Source: Pseudomonas aeruginosa (GTDB taxonomy: Bacteria > Pseudomonadota > Gammaproteobacteria > Pseudomonadales > Pseudomonadaceae). From it: 32,000 bases of DNA. Below the pieces are notes generated by a model. It saw only the letters and a program-made list of their open reading frames with translations. It made no database searches and had not been told where the DNA came from. The stretch is taken from contig NZ_LN831024.1 of assembly GCF_001457615.1 (NCBI RefSeq), positions 5,520,001-5,552,000 of the forward strand. Direction: 5' to 3'. Within the stretch, counting starts at the first letter, position 1, and every line of letters begins with the position of its first letter. Made by a program: the position numbers and the translations under genes. Below are positions 8,738 through 17,621 of this stretch, piece by piece.

Positions 8738-10044
8738 GCGGGTTTCTCGCCGGCGTCCGGCTCGCCGTCGGAGCGGCCGATATTCGCCGGCGCCTCCACC
8801 ACCAGCTCCTCCGGCACTTCCTCGACGCGCGGGTCGAGGGTGGCGGCCATCGGGCTGACCGTGTCCGGCATCGCCACGTGTTGCAGCGGCGCCTCGTCGA
8901 CCCGGTGTTCGCCGGTGACGCGCTTGGGCTGCACCCAGAACACCAGCAGCACCGCGTAGCCGGACACCAGCATGTAGAACAGTCCCGGACCGAAGTGGCG
9001 CATCAGCGCGCCGGCCACCAGCGGACCGATACAGGCGCCGACCCCGTAGGTGGTCAGGAGCATCGCCGACAACGCGACCCGGCGCGGCTGCTCGACGTGG
9101 TCGTTGGCCAGCGCCACCGCCAGCGGATAAAGGGTGAACAGCAGCATGCCGGTAACGAACCCGTTGGCCAGCAGCAACCAGTACGGCAGCGTCACCAGCC
9201 CCCACATCGGGATCGAGGCCAGGCACAGCAGCACCGCATTGCCGCGGATCAGCCAACTGCGGTCGAGGCGGTCGGACAGCCAGCCCAGCGGCCACTGCGC
9301 ACAGAAGCCGGCGACGATGCACATGCCGACGAAGAAACTCGATTGCGAGGCATCCAGGCCGTTGCGGTTGGCGTAGACCGGCGCCAGGCCGTAGAAGGCG
9401 CCGACCATCAGGCCGGCGATGAAGATGGTGCCCAGCGCCTGCGGCACGCGCTGCCAGAAGAAACGCACTTCCAGCGGCGCGGCGACCAGCTTGGCCGGGT
9501 GCACGCGCCGGGTCATGGCCAGCGGGATCAGGCACGAGGCGAAGCAGATGGCGACCAGCAGCAGCGGCTTGTAGTCGAGGGTCGGGCTCAGCGCCAGCAG
9601 GCCCTGGCCGAGCACCAGGCCAAGGTCGACGGCGACCATGTAGCCGGCGAACACCTTGCCGCGCTGGTGGCTCTCGGCCTGCTCGTTGAGCCAGCTCTCG
9701 ATCACCATGTACTGGTTCATCATCACCGCGCCGGTGATGAAGCGCAGCAGCAGCCAGACTTCCAGCTGATCGACCAGGGCATGCAGCAGCACGGTCACGG
9801 TGGCAATCCCGGCGCAAGCCACGTAGGAACGGATATGGCCGAAGCTGGCGATCAGCTTGTGTCCGAATTTTCCACCGCAGACCAGGCCGAAATAGTAGGA
9901 CGCCATCAGCCCGCCGACCCACAGGTCGCCTGCGCCTTCCTGGGTCAGGCGCAGGCCGATGTAGGTGGTGAACAGGCCGGAGCCGGCCAGCATGAGCAGG
10001 GTGGCGGTGTAGAGCGCGGGAAAGGTGACGAGCGGGCTGAACAT
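8728..10044 (-). CDS. MFS transporter (438 aa)
   Basis: MFSPLVTFPALYTATLLMLAGSGLFTTYIGLRLTQEGAGDLWVGGLMASYYFGLVCGGKFGHKL..., 12-TM-like. Overlaps the sensor gene tail-to-tail by 10 bp. Confidence 0.87.
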   Translation of the reverse strand: MFSPLVTFPALYTATLLMLAGSGLFTTYIGLRLTQEGAGDLWVGGLMASYYFGLVCGGKFGHKLIASFGHIRSYVACAGIATVTVLLHALVDQLEVWLLLRFITGAVMMNQYMVIESWLNEQAESHQRGKVFAGYMVAVDLGLVLGQGLLALSPTLDYKPLLLVAICFASCLIPLAMTRRVHPAKLVAAPLEVRFFWQRVPQALGTIFIAGLMVGAFYGLAPVYANRNGLDASQSSFFVGMCIVAGFCAQWPLGWLSDRLDRSWLIRGNAVLLCLASIPMWGLVTLPYWLLLANGFVTGMLLFTLYPLAVALANDHVEQPRRVALSAMLLTTYGVGACIGPLVAGALMRHFGPGLFYMLVSGYAVLLVFWVQPKRVTGEHRVDEAPLQHVAMPDTVSPMAATLDPRVEEVPEELVVEAPANIGRSDGEPDAGEKPAQS

Positions 10045-10263
10045 GACGGTTCCTGGACGGACGGGCCCCACGGCCGGCATCCGCCGAGCATTGTTAGATT
10101 CGGGAAGGATCGACGCTGCTGGCCGATCGCGGGCGCAGGCCGTCCTGCGTTCGGCGAGACTCCGACGCCACGCGGCGGCCGGAAGCCACGTCGCGGTGCA
10201 CAGGGCGGCATTATCCCCGCTCCGGAGCGGCCCCGCCACGGGCGCCGCGAGCGTTCCGTCGGC

Positions 10264-11352
10264 TCAGCCGCGCCCCGCCGGGAGGGGCTCGCGCGGCGGC
10301 AGCCGATATACCCAGATGCGCCGCAAGACAGTGAGGAATTGCCGTCCCAGGCGTCCGCTGTTGTAGGTCTGCCCGTAGCGCCGGGCGATTTCGCGGACCT
10401 CGCGGGACAACGCGGCGTAGCGACGCGCCGGCAGGTCCGGGTAGAGGTGGTGCTCGATCTGGTGGCTGAGGTTGCCGGTCAGGATGTGGAACAGCGGCCC
10501 GCCCTCCAGGTTGCTGGAGCCGCGCAACTGGCGCAGGTACCAGTGGCCACGGGTCTCTCCCTCCAGCACCGAGGGCGGGAAGACCACCGCCTTCTCGGTG
10601 AAGTGGCCGCAGAAGATCACCGTGAAGGTCCACAGGTTGCGCAGCACGTTGGCCAGCAGGTTACCGACGAACACCGCGCCGAAGCCGCCGGCGAACAGGC
10701 CGAGAAGCGGGAACAGCAGGTAGTCCTTGGTCCACTGGCGACCCAGCTTGGCACGCAGGCGGCGTAGCAGCGGCATGAGTTCGGCCTTGTCCAGGCGCCC
10801 CTTGGCGTACTTGTCCAGGCGCAGATGCTGGATCGCCACCGCGTACTGGAACAGCAGCGCCTGCAGCGTCACCCACAGCGGTTGCCAGCGGTAGAACGGC
10901 TTCCAGCGCTGCTCCGGGAACAGGCGCACGACCCCATAGCCGACGTCGTCGTCCTTGCCCAGCACGTTGGTGTAGGTGTGGTGGATATGGTTGTGGGTGT
11001 GCCGCCAGAAGTCGGACGGCCCGGCGATGTCCCACTCGTAGGCGCGGCCGGCGAATTCCGGATCGTTCATCCAGTCGTACTGGCCGTGCATGACGTTGTG
11101 GCCCAGCTCCATGTTCTCGAGGATCTTGCCCAGGCCGAGAAGCAGGCTGCCGAGCAGCCAGGTCGGCGGCAGCCAGCCGAACATCAGCAGCGCCCTGCCG
11201 CTCCAGCAGCAGACGCGCACCGCCGCGCGGACCCGGCGGATGTAGCGCGCGTCGTCCGCGCCGAGATCGGCCAGGGTACGCAGGCGCAGGGCATCGAGTT
11301 CGGCGCCGAAGGCCGCCAGTTGTTCCGGGGTCAGTTCGCGGTCGTCGCGCAT
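10264..11352 (-). CDS. desB: Acyl-CoA delta-9 fatty acid desaturase
   Basis: Desaturase histidine boxes HNVMHGQYDW, HTHNHIHHTY and LSHQIEHHLYPDLP. Adjacent to a ferredoxin reductase and a TetR gene, as in the P. aeruginosa desCB/desT locus. The ORF track over-extends the N-terminus. Confidence 0.92.
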   Translation of the reverse strand: MRDDRELTPEQLAAFGAELDALRLRTLADLGADDARYIRRVRAAVRVCCWSGRALLMFGWLPPTWLLGSLLLGLGKILENMELGHNVMHGQYDWMNDPEFAGRAYEWDIAGPSDFWRHTHNHIHHTYTNVLGKDDDVGYGVVRLFPEQRWKPFYRWQPLWVTLQALLFQYAVAIQHLRLDKYAKGRLDKAELMPLLRRLRAKLGRQWTKDYLLFPLLGLFAGGFGAVFVGNLLANVLRNLWTFTVIFCGHFTEKAVVFPPSVLEGETRGHWYLRQLRGSSNLEGGPLFHILTGNLSHQIEHHLYPDLPARRYAALSREVREIARRYGQTYNSGRLGRQFLTVLRRIWVYRLPPREPLPAGRG

Positions 11353-11372
11353 CGCAGGGCTCGCAGGTCGGT

Positions 11373-12473
11373 TCACAGGTCCAGCGCCAGGTCGCCGTGG
11401 GCGGCGCTGACGCAGAGGCGGATAGGCTGGCCGGGCTCGCTGCACAGCGCGCCGCTGCGCAGGTCGCGCACGCAGCCGCTGAGCAGGACGCAGGTGCAAC
11501 TGGCGCAGATGCCCTGGCGGCAACCGTGGGCCGGGCGCAGGCCGTGGGCCTCGGCCTGTTCCAGCAGGCTGGCGGCGCTGTCGCCGGAGACTTCCCGCTG
11601 CGACCGGGCGAAGCGCAGGCGCACTTCGCGCGGCGCCTCCCCGCTGCGCCAGCGCGGGACGCTGAAGGATTCCGTCTGCAAGCCGGCGAAGCGTGCCCCC
11701 AGTTGCTCGCCCACCGCCTCGACGAAAGCCGCCGGCCCGCAGGCCAGGGCCTGGCTGCGCGCCAGGTCGGCTGCCCAGCCGTCCAGGTGGCGCGGCTGGA
11801 AATGCCCCTCCAGGCAGCCATCGGCCCGCGCCCCGCGGGTCAGGCTCCAGCGCAACTCCAGGTTCGGGTGGCGCGCCGACAGCGCCTCCAGCTCGCCGAG
11901 CCAGGCGCGCTGGCCGGGATGACGGACGTAGTGCAGCCACAGCACGGGACCGCGATAGCCGTTCTCCAGCGCCTCGCGGAGCAGGCCGAGCAAGGGCGTC
12001 AGGCCGCTGCCGGCGGCCAGCAGGCAGACCGCCTCGGCCTGCATCGGCCAGCGCAGATCGCCTTGCGCGGGTTGCAACTCGACACGCTGGCCGACCGCCA
12101 GGTGTTCGCACAACCAGGGCGAGAGCAGCCCGTCCGGGTGACGCTTGACGGCGATTTCCAGGCGCTCGCCGACCACCCGGGTCAGGCTGTAGCTGCGCCC
12201 GACCCGCACCCCGTCGCGCTCCGCCAGCAGCTGGATGTGCTGGCCCGGCCGCGCCGGCGGCCAGCCGGGGGCGGTACGCAGGGCCAGGGCGAGCATATCG
12301 TCGGCCACCCAGTAGCGTGCCTCGACCCGCGCATAGTGGCGGTTCAACGACGCCAGCGGATGGGCGTGGCGCAGCAGGCCGTCGACATCGGCCTCACGCA
12401 GCCAGCCACGGGCGGCGAGACGGCGCAGGGGTGCGAGCAAAGGGGTCAGGAGCGCGAGGGGAAGCAAGGCCAT
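11373..12473 (-). CDS. desC: Ferredoxin-NAD(P)H reductase-type electron donor for the desaturase (366 aa)
   Basis: FAD-binding RSYSLTRV and NAD-binding VCLLAAGSGLTPLLGLLREAL, plus a C-terminal 2Fe-2S motif CRQGICASCTCVLLSG. Confidence 0.9.
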   Translation of the reverse strand: MALLPLALLTPLLAPLRRLAARGWLREADVDGLLRHAHPLASLNRHYARVEARYWVADDMLALALRTAPGWPPARPGQHIQLLAERDGVRVGRSYSLTRVVGERLEIAVKRHPDGLLSPWLCEHLAVGQRVELQPAQGDLRWPMQAEAVCLLAAGSGLTPLLGLLREALENGYRGPVLWLHYVRHPGQRAWLGELEALSARHPNLELRWSLTRGARADGCLEGHFQPRHLDGWAADLARSQALACGPAAFVEAVGEQLGARFAGLQTESFSVPRWRSGEAPREVRLRFARSQREVSGDSAASLLEQAEAHGLRPAHGCRQGICASCTCVLLSGCVRDLRSGALCSEPGQPIRLCVSAAHGDLALDL

Positions 12474-12486
12474 GGAAAATATTTCA

Positions 12487-12502
12487 GTGAACGATCGTTC
12501 AC
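12487..12502. promoter_or_regulatory. Perfect 16-bp palindrome, candidate DesT operator (proximal)
   Basis: GTGAACGATCGTTCAC, 14 bp upstream of the desC ATG. Confidence 0.7.
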
Positions 12503-12528
12503 AAAACTTTGCCCGTTCCGCGCAATCG

Positions 12529-12546
12529 AGTCAACAAGCGTTCACT
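12529..12546 (-). promoter_or_regulatory. Candidate DesT operator overlapping a TTGACT -35 of desCB
   Basis: Minus strand AGTGAACGCTTGTTGACT, sharing the AGTGAACG half-site with the proximal palindrome. Confidence 0.75.
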
Positions 12547-12631
12547 GATGTATCCTTCGACCGCTGCCGTCCCCGGTTCGACCGGGTCGCAGGGCTTTTG
12601 CTACAGTCGCCGGTCCGCCAAAGGAAGCCGT

Positions 12632-13261
12632 ATGTCCTCACCCCGCGCCGAACAGAAACAGCAGACCCGCCACGCGCTGATGAGCGCCGCGCGCCACCTG
12701 ATGGAAAGCGGGCGCGGCTTCGGCAGCCTCAGCCTGCGCGAAGTGACGCGCGCCGCCGGCATCGTCCCGGCCGGCTTCTACCGGCACTTCAGCGACATGG
12801 ACCAGCTCGGCCTGGCGCTGGTCGCCGAAGTCGACGAGACCTTCCGCGCCACCCTGCGCGCGGTGCGCCGCAACGAGTTCGAACTGGGCGGGCTGATCGA
12901 CGCCTCGGTGCGCATCTTCCTCGACGCGGTCGGCGCCAACCGCTCGCAGTTCCTCTTCCTCGCCCGCGAGCAATACGGCGGCTCGTTGCCGATCCGCCAG
13001 GCCATCGCCAGCCTGCGCCAGCGCATCACCGACGATCTGGCCGCCGACCTGGCGCTGCTGAACAAGATGCCGCACCTCGACGGCGCGGCCCTCGACGTGT
13101 TCGCCGACCTGGTGGTGAAGACCGTCTTCGCCACCCTTCCGGAGCTGATCGACCCACCCGCCGCCGATCTGCCGCCGCACCTGATGCCGGCCGCGAAGAT
13201 CACCCACCAGCTGCGTTTCATCATGATCGGCGGCAAGCACTGGCACGGCCTGCCCGGCTGA
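12632..13261 (+). CDS. desT: TetR-family regulator DesT (209 aa)
   Basis: [64 protein letters not shown]..., TetR HTH. Divergent from desCB. Confidence 0.92.
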   Translation: MSSPRAEQKQQTRHALMSAARHLMESGRGFGSLSLREVTRAAGIVPAGFYRHFSDMDQLGLALVAEVDETFRATLRAVRRNEFELGGLIDASVRIFLDAVGANRSQFLFLAREQYGGSLPIRQAIASLRQRITDDLAADLALLNKMPHLDGAALDVFADLVVKTVFATLPELIDPPAADLPPHLMPAAKITHQLRFIMIGGKHWHGLPG

Positions 13262-13319
13262 CCCCGCACCTCCCCAGCGGACCTCCGGCTCGGCGTTCGT
13301 CCGCGGACTAGACGCGCGC

Positions 13320-13334
13320 GCACCTTTCCGGTGC
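13320..13334. promoter_or_regulatory. NtrC-type enhancer box (distal)
   Basis: GCACC-TTTCC-GGTGC, a perfect match to GCACC-N5-GGTGC. Confidence 0.65.
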
Positions 13335-13351
13335 GGCAAAAAAGTCGTTGC

Positions 13352-13366
13352 GCACCAACCTGGCGC
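13352..13366. promoter_or_regulatory. NtrC-type enhancer box (proximal, one mismatch)
   Basis: GCACC-AACCT-GGCGC, centre 32 bp from the distal box. Confidence 0.5.
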
Positions 13367-13429
13367 GCTGCAATATTTTGTTACATCCCTATGGCCCCGT
13401 TTTCCCGGTACAGGCGTCCCGCATCGACC

Positions 13430-13445
13430 TGGCAAGGCCCTTGCT
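13430..13445 (+). promoter_or_regulatory. Sigma54 (RpoN) -24/-12 promoter for ureE
   Basis: TGGCAAG-GCCC-TTGCT against the TGGCACG-N4-TTGCW consensus. GG and GC elements correctly spaced, about 45 bp upstream of the ATG at 13491. Confidence 0.72.
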
Positions 13446-13490
13446 GGTGCTTGTTGTGATCCCTTTCCTGTCGCATTGCGGAAACTGCCC

Positions 13491-13994
13491 ATGCTGGTCA
13501 TCCACCAACGCCTGCCCGCCCGCTCGCCCCGCTGGGACGAAGAACTCCACCTGACCTACGAGGCGCGCAGCAAGAGCCGCCTGCGCTGCTTCGCGGCGAG
13601 CGGCGAGGAGGTCGGCCTGTTCCTCGAGCGCGGCCAGCCTCCGCTGGCCGACGGCGACTGCCTGGAGGCCCGCGACGGTCGCCTGGTGCGGGTCGTCGCC
13701 CGCTCCGAACGTCTGCTCCACGTCACCTGCGCCAGCCCGCTGGAACTGACCCGAGCCGCCTACCACCTGGGCAACCGTCACGTCGCCCTGCAGGTCGGCG
13801 ACGGCTGGCTGCGCCTGCTCGACGACTACGTGCTGAAAGCCATGCTCGAACAGCTCGGCGCCACGGTGGAGGCCATCGAGGCGCCGTTCCAGCCGGAGCA
13901 CGGTGCCTACGGCGGAGGCCACCACCACTCGCACCATGGCGAGGCGGAGTTCAACTACGCGCCGCGCCTGCACCAGTTCGGCGTGCGCCGGTGA
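13491..13994 (+). CDS. ureE: Urease accessory protein UreE, nickel metallochaperone (167 aa)
   Basis: [48 protein letters not shown]... with His-rich C-terminus [24 protein letters not shown]. Confidence 0.95.
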   Translation: MLVIHQRLPARSPRWDEELHLTYEARSKSRLRCFAASGEEVGLFLERGQPPLADGDCLEARDGRLVRVVARSERLLHVTCASPLELTRAAYHLGNRHVALQVGDGWLRLLDDYVLKAMLEQLGATVEAIEAPFQPEHGAYGGGHHHSHHGEAEFNYAPRLHQFGVRR

Positions 13995-14662
13995 ACAGCA
14001 TCTGGGCGCGCCTGCGCCTGGCCAGCTCGCAGTTGCCGATCGGCGGATACAGCTATTCCCAGGGCCTGGAGGCGGCCCTCGACAATGGCTGGGTGCGCGA
14101 CGCCGAGAGCGCGCGGACCTGGCTGGTCGACCAGTTGCAACTGAACCTGGCGCGCTTCGAGGCGCCGCTGCTGGCCGGCCTGCTGCGCGCCGCGCTGATC
14201 GGCGACTGGGCCGCCTGCGATGCGGCCAGCGAACGCCATAGGGCCAGCCGCGAGACCCGCGAGCTGGCCCAGGAGAGCCGGCAGATGGGCTTTTCCCTGC
14301 ACCAATTGCTGGAAGCCCTGCCCGAGCTCGACGCTCCCGGCCGCGCCTGGCTGGCGCGCCAGGACCCGCCCAATCTCGCCGCCGCCTGGGCGATGGCCGC
14401 GCGCGCCTGGCGCCTGGACGCCGAGGAGGCGCTGAGTGCCTGGTTCTGGAGCTGGCTGGAAAACCAGTTGGCGGTGCTGATGAAAACCCTGCCGCTCGGC
14501 CAACTGGCCGCGCAGAAACTTGCTTCCAGCCTACTGCCGGAACTCGACCGCGCCTGCGCCGAGGCGCTGCGGCGGCCCGCCGTCGAGGGCAGCGCCGCGT
14601 TCGGTCTGGCGCTGGCCAGCATGACCCACGAAACCCAGTACAGCCGTCTGTTCCGTTCCTAG
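13991..14662 (+). CDS. ureF: Urease accessory protein UreF (223 aa, GTG start)
   Basis: [28 protein letters not shown] and C-terminal [19 protein letters not shown] overlap with the ureE stop. Confidence 0.95.
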
Positions 14663-14672
14663 GAGAAACCCC

Positions 14673-15287
14673 ATGACATCCCAACCCCTGCGTGTCGGCA
14701 TCGGCGGTCCGGTGGGCTCCGGCAAGACCGCCCTGACCCTGGCCCTGTGTCGCGAACTGCGCGAGCGCTACAACCTCGCGGTGGTCACCAACGACATCTA
14801 TACCCAGGAAGACGCGGAGTTCCTGGTGCGCAACGAGGCCCTCGCCCCCGAGCGGATCATCGGCGTGGAAACCGGCGGCTGCCCGCACACGGCGATCCGC
14901 GAGGACGCCTCGATCAACCTGGAGGCGGTGGACCAGCTCAACCGGCGCTTCCCCGGCCTCGAACTGATCCTGGTGGAATCCGGCGGCGACAACCTGTCGG
15001 CCACCTTCAGCCCCGAGCTGTCCGACCTGACCCTCTACGTGATCGACGTTTCCGCCGGCGACAAGATCCCGCGCAAGGGCGGCCCCGGCATCTGCAAGTC
15101 GGACCTGCTGGTGATCAACAAGATCGACCTGGCGCCGCTGGTCGGCGCCTCCCTCGATGTGATGGACCGGGACGCCCGGCGCATGCGCGGCGACAAGCCG
15201 TTCGTGTTCAGCAACCAGAAGACCGGCCAGGGGCTGGACGAAATCATCGCCTTCATCGAGCGCCAGGGCCTGCTGACCGCCGCCTGA
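14673..15287 (+). CDS. ureG: Urease accessory GTPase UreG (204 aa)
   Basis: [63 protein letters not shown] and VINKIDLAP. Confidence 0.97.
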
Positions 15288-15316
15288 CGCCACTTCGCAA
15301 CGACAAGGAACCGCCA

Positions 15317-15889
15317 ATGAAACTGCCCAAGCTGCTCGCCGCCCTCGCCCTGCTCGCCGCTCCGGCGCTGGCCTTCGCCCACCCCGGCCACGGCGAACAC
15401 GGCCTGGTCGCCGGCCTCGCCCATCCGCTCACCGGCCTCGACCACCTGCTGGCGATGTTCGCCGTCGGCCTCTGGGCCGCCCAGCAACAGGGAGCCGCGC
15501 GCCTCGCCCTGCCCTGCACCTTCGTCGGCACCATGCTGGTCGGCGGGCTGCTCGGCTTCGAGGGCCTGCAACTGCCGTTCATGGAGACCGGCATCGCCGC
15601 CTCGGTGCTCGCCCTCGGCCTCTGCGTGGCCCTCGCCGTGCGCCCGCCGCTGCCGCTGGCGATGGCCGCCACCGCGCTGTTCGCCCTGGCCCACGGGGTC
15701 GCCCACGGCCTGGAGCTGCCGGACCTCTCCAGCCCCTGGCTGTACGCGCTCGGTTTCGTCGCCGCCACCGCCGCGCTGCACGCCGCCGGCTACGCGCTGG
15801 TGCGCTTCCTGCCGCAGGCGGCCGCGCCCCTGGTACGTCTCGCCGGGCTGGCCTCGGCGGGCGCCGGGGTCTGGTTGCTGGCCGGCTGA
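15317..15889 (+). CDS. HupE/UreJ family nickel/cobalt membrane protein (190 aa)
   Basis: Signal peptide followed by HPGHGEHG, then GLAHPLTGLDHLLAMFAVGLWAAQ (HupE motif HPxxGxDHxLAM). Follows ureG. Confidence 0.9.
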   Translation: MKLPKLLAALALLAAPALAFAHPGHGEHGLVAGLAHPLTGLDHLLAMFAVGLWAAQQQGAARLALPCTFVGTMLVGGLLGFEGLQLPFMETGIAASVLALGLCVALAVRPPLPLAMAATALFALAHGVAHGLELPDLSSPWLYALGFVAATAALHAAGYALVRFLPQAAAPLVRLAGLASAGAGVWLLAG

Positions 15890-15905
15890 GCCGCCGCGCC
15901 TCCCC

Positions 15906-16928
15906 TCAGCGCCTGATCAGCACCCGTCGGCCTTGGTGCACGAGGCGCAGGCCATGGGTCTGCGCCAGCATCGCCAGGGCCAGCGGCAGGTCGTCGACGG
16001 GAAAGGTGCCGGAGACCCGAAGCGGGTCCAGCGACGGCTCGCACTCGATGCTCTCGCCGCCGTAGCGCATCAGTTCTCCCGCCCACTGCCGCAGCGGCAT
16101 GTCGTCGGCCACCAGCAGGCCCTGGCGCCAGGCCAGCGCGGCCTCGCTGGCGGACTCGACGGGGCCGATCCGCTGGCGATCGAAGCGCACCCGCTGGCCA
16201 GCCTCGATCACCCGGCCATCCGCCGCGCTCGCGGCGCCCTCCGGACGCACCTGGACCGCGCCTTCGTACACCGCCAGCACTGTCTCTGCGCCCTCGCGTC
16301 GGACGCTGAAGGCGGTACCCAGCGCGCGCATCAGGCCCTGTTCGGTCCGCACCAGGAACGGCCGCGGCGGCTCGCGCCGATCCGCCGCGGTGCGGAGGTA
16401 GATCTCTCCGCGATACAGGCGCAGCAGGCGCTGGCCGGCGTCGTAGCGCACGTCCAGCGCGCTGTCGGTGTTCATCTCGACCTGGCTGCCGTCCTCCAGC
16501 ACCAGGTCGCGCCGCTCGCCGACGGCAGTGAGGTAGTCGGCGCCGAAGCCGTCGCGCCAGACCTGCGCGCGCCATCCCCACCAGACCAGCGGTGCGCCGC
16601 CGAGCAGCAGGGCGAGGCCGCGCAGGACCGCGCGCCGGCCGCTGCCGGACGGACGCTCGAGCGCACGCCGGGCCAGCGCCGGCGGCAGCGAACCGATATT
16701 CGCCAGCAGACGCTCGGCGCGCCGCCAGGCGCGCTGGTGCTCGGGGCTGCGCGAGCGCCAGGACTCCAGCTCGGCCTGCTGCGCCGGAGCCAGCGGCCCC
16801 TCCTGCATCAGCAGCAGCCAGGAGGCGGTCTCCCTGAGCACCTGCGGGGCGATCGCCTCGGCGGCCGGCGGCCCGGAAAGCTCCGTATCGCCCGCCTGCG
16901 GCGCCCGGCGGGAAGCGCGGTCATTCAT
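15906..16928 (-). CDS. FecR-family anti-sigma / sigma regulator (340 aa)
   Basis: ASWLLLMQEGPLAPAQQAELESWRSRSPEHQRAWRRAE N-terminus and FecR core GERRDLVLEDGSQVEMNTDSALDV...LYRGEIYLRTAAD. Downstream of and overlapping an ECF sigma gene. Confidence 0.92.
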   Translation of the reverse strand: MNDRASRRAPQAGDTELSGPPAAEAIAPQVLRETASWLLLMQEGPLAPAQQAELESWRSRSPEHQRAWRRAERLLANIGSLPPALARRALERPSGSGRRAVLRGLALLLGGAPLVWWGWRAQVWRDGFGADYLTAVGERRDLVLEDGSQVEMNTDSALDVRYDAGQRLLRLYRGEIYLRTAADRREPPRPFLVRTEQGLMRALGTAFSVRREGAETVLAVYEGAVQVRPEGAASAADGRVIEAGQRVRFDRQRIGPVESASEAALAWRQGLLVADDMPLRQWAGELMRYGGESIECEPSLDPLRVSGTFPVDDLPLALAMLAQTHGLRLVHQGRRVLIRR

Positions 16929-17472
16929 CGGGCATCAGGCTCAGGCAGGTCACGTAGGCCTGGTGGATGAACTTCTTCACCGTCGGCAGCGCGACGCCCA
17001 GCGCCTGGGCGATGTCCTTCTGCTTCATGCCGTCCAGCGTCGCCATCAGGAATGCCTGTTTCACCCGCGGGCGCAGGGTATCGAGCAGCGCGTCGATCTC
17101 GTGCAGGGTCTCGACGATCACGCTCTGTTGTTCCGGCGACGGCTGCAACGGCTCGGGCAGCGTGGCCAGGGCCTCCAGCCAGGCAAGTTCCAGCGATTGG
17201 CGACGGCGCCAACTGACCAGCACGCAGTTGGCGATACGGGTGAGATAGGCGCGCGGCTGACGGATCGCTTCACGCTGGCCGCCGTCGCGGCTGGCGAGAA
17301 TGCGCAGGAAGGTGTCATGGGCCAGGTCGTCGGCCACGCCGCGTCCCCAGGAGCGGAGTTGGTAGGCCAGCCAGTTGCGCAGCCAGGCATGGTTTTCACG
17401 GTAGAGCGTGGCGACGCCGTCGCGGTCCGCGGACAGGCAGGAACTCGGCGCATTCATCGGAGGCGCATTCAT
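16921..17472 (-). CDS. ECF sigma-70 factor, FecI/iron-starvation type (up to 183 aa; start could be 17472 or 17457)
   Basis: DLAHDTFLRILASRD, PRAYLTRIANCVLVSWRRRQ, VKQAFLMATLDGMKQKDIAQALGVALPTVKKFIHQAYVTCL (sigma-4 HTH). Confidence 0.92.
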   Translation of the reverse strand: MNAPPMNAPSSCLSADRDGVATLYRENHAWLRNWLAYQLRSWGRGVADDLAHDTFLRILASRDGGQREAIRQPRAYLTRIANCVLVSWRRRQSLELAWLEALATLPEPLQPSPEQQSVIVETLHEIDALLDTLRPRVKQAFLMATLDGMKQKDIAQALGVALPTVKKFIHQAYVTCLSLMPDE

Positions 17473-17496
17473 CGGAATAGTCAGCTGGATTCAATC

Positions 17497-17515
17497 GCAA
17501 ATGAAAACTATTATC
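17497..17515 (-). promoter_or_regulatory. Fur-box-like sequence
   Basis: Minus strand GATAATAGTTTTCATTTGC, 13 of 19 matches by eye to GATAATGATAATCATTATC. Lies in the intergenic region between the sigma factor and the TonB receptor. Confidence 0.6.
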
Positions 17516-17621
17516 ACTAATTTTGCGTTGACCACAATGCCGGCGACCCTTTCCGTCCGGCCCGCCGAACCCGAAATATCCCTTTTCCGATCTCGTGCGA
17601 CAGAGGGAATGAGAGCCCGCA

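Noticed and set aside
10217-10230. Palindrome CCGCTCCGGAGCGG after the desB stop as a terminator or operator
   Set aside because: No loop and no T-tract; short GC palindromes are expected by chance in this genome. No supporting context.
17530-17620. ECF-type promoter (-35 GAAAT / -10 CGT-like) before the TonB receptor
   Set aside because: I could only find a weak GAAAT...CGT pair with non-standard spacing. It is not strong enough to annotate without TSS data.
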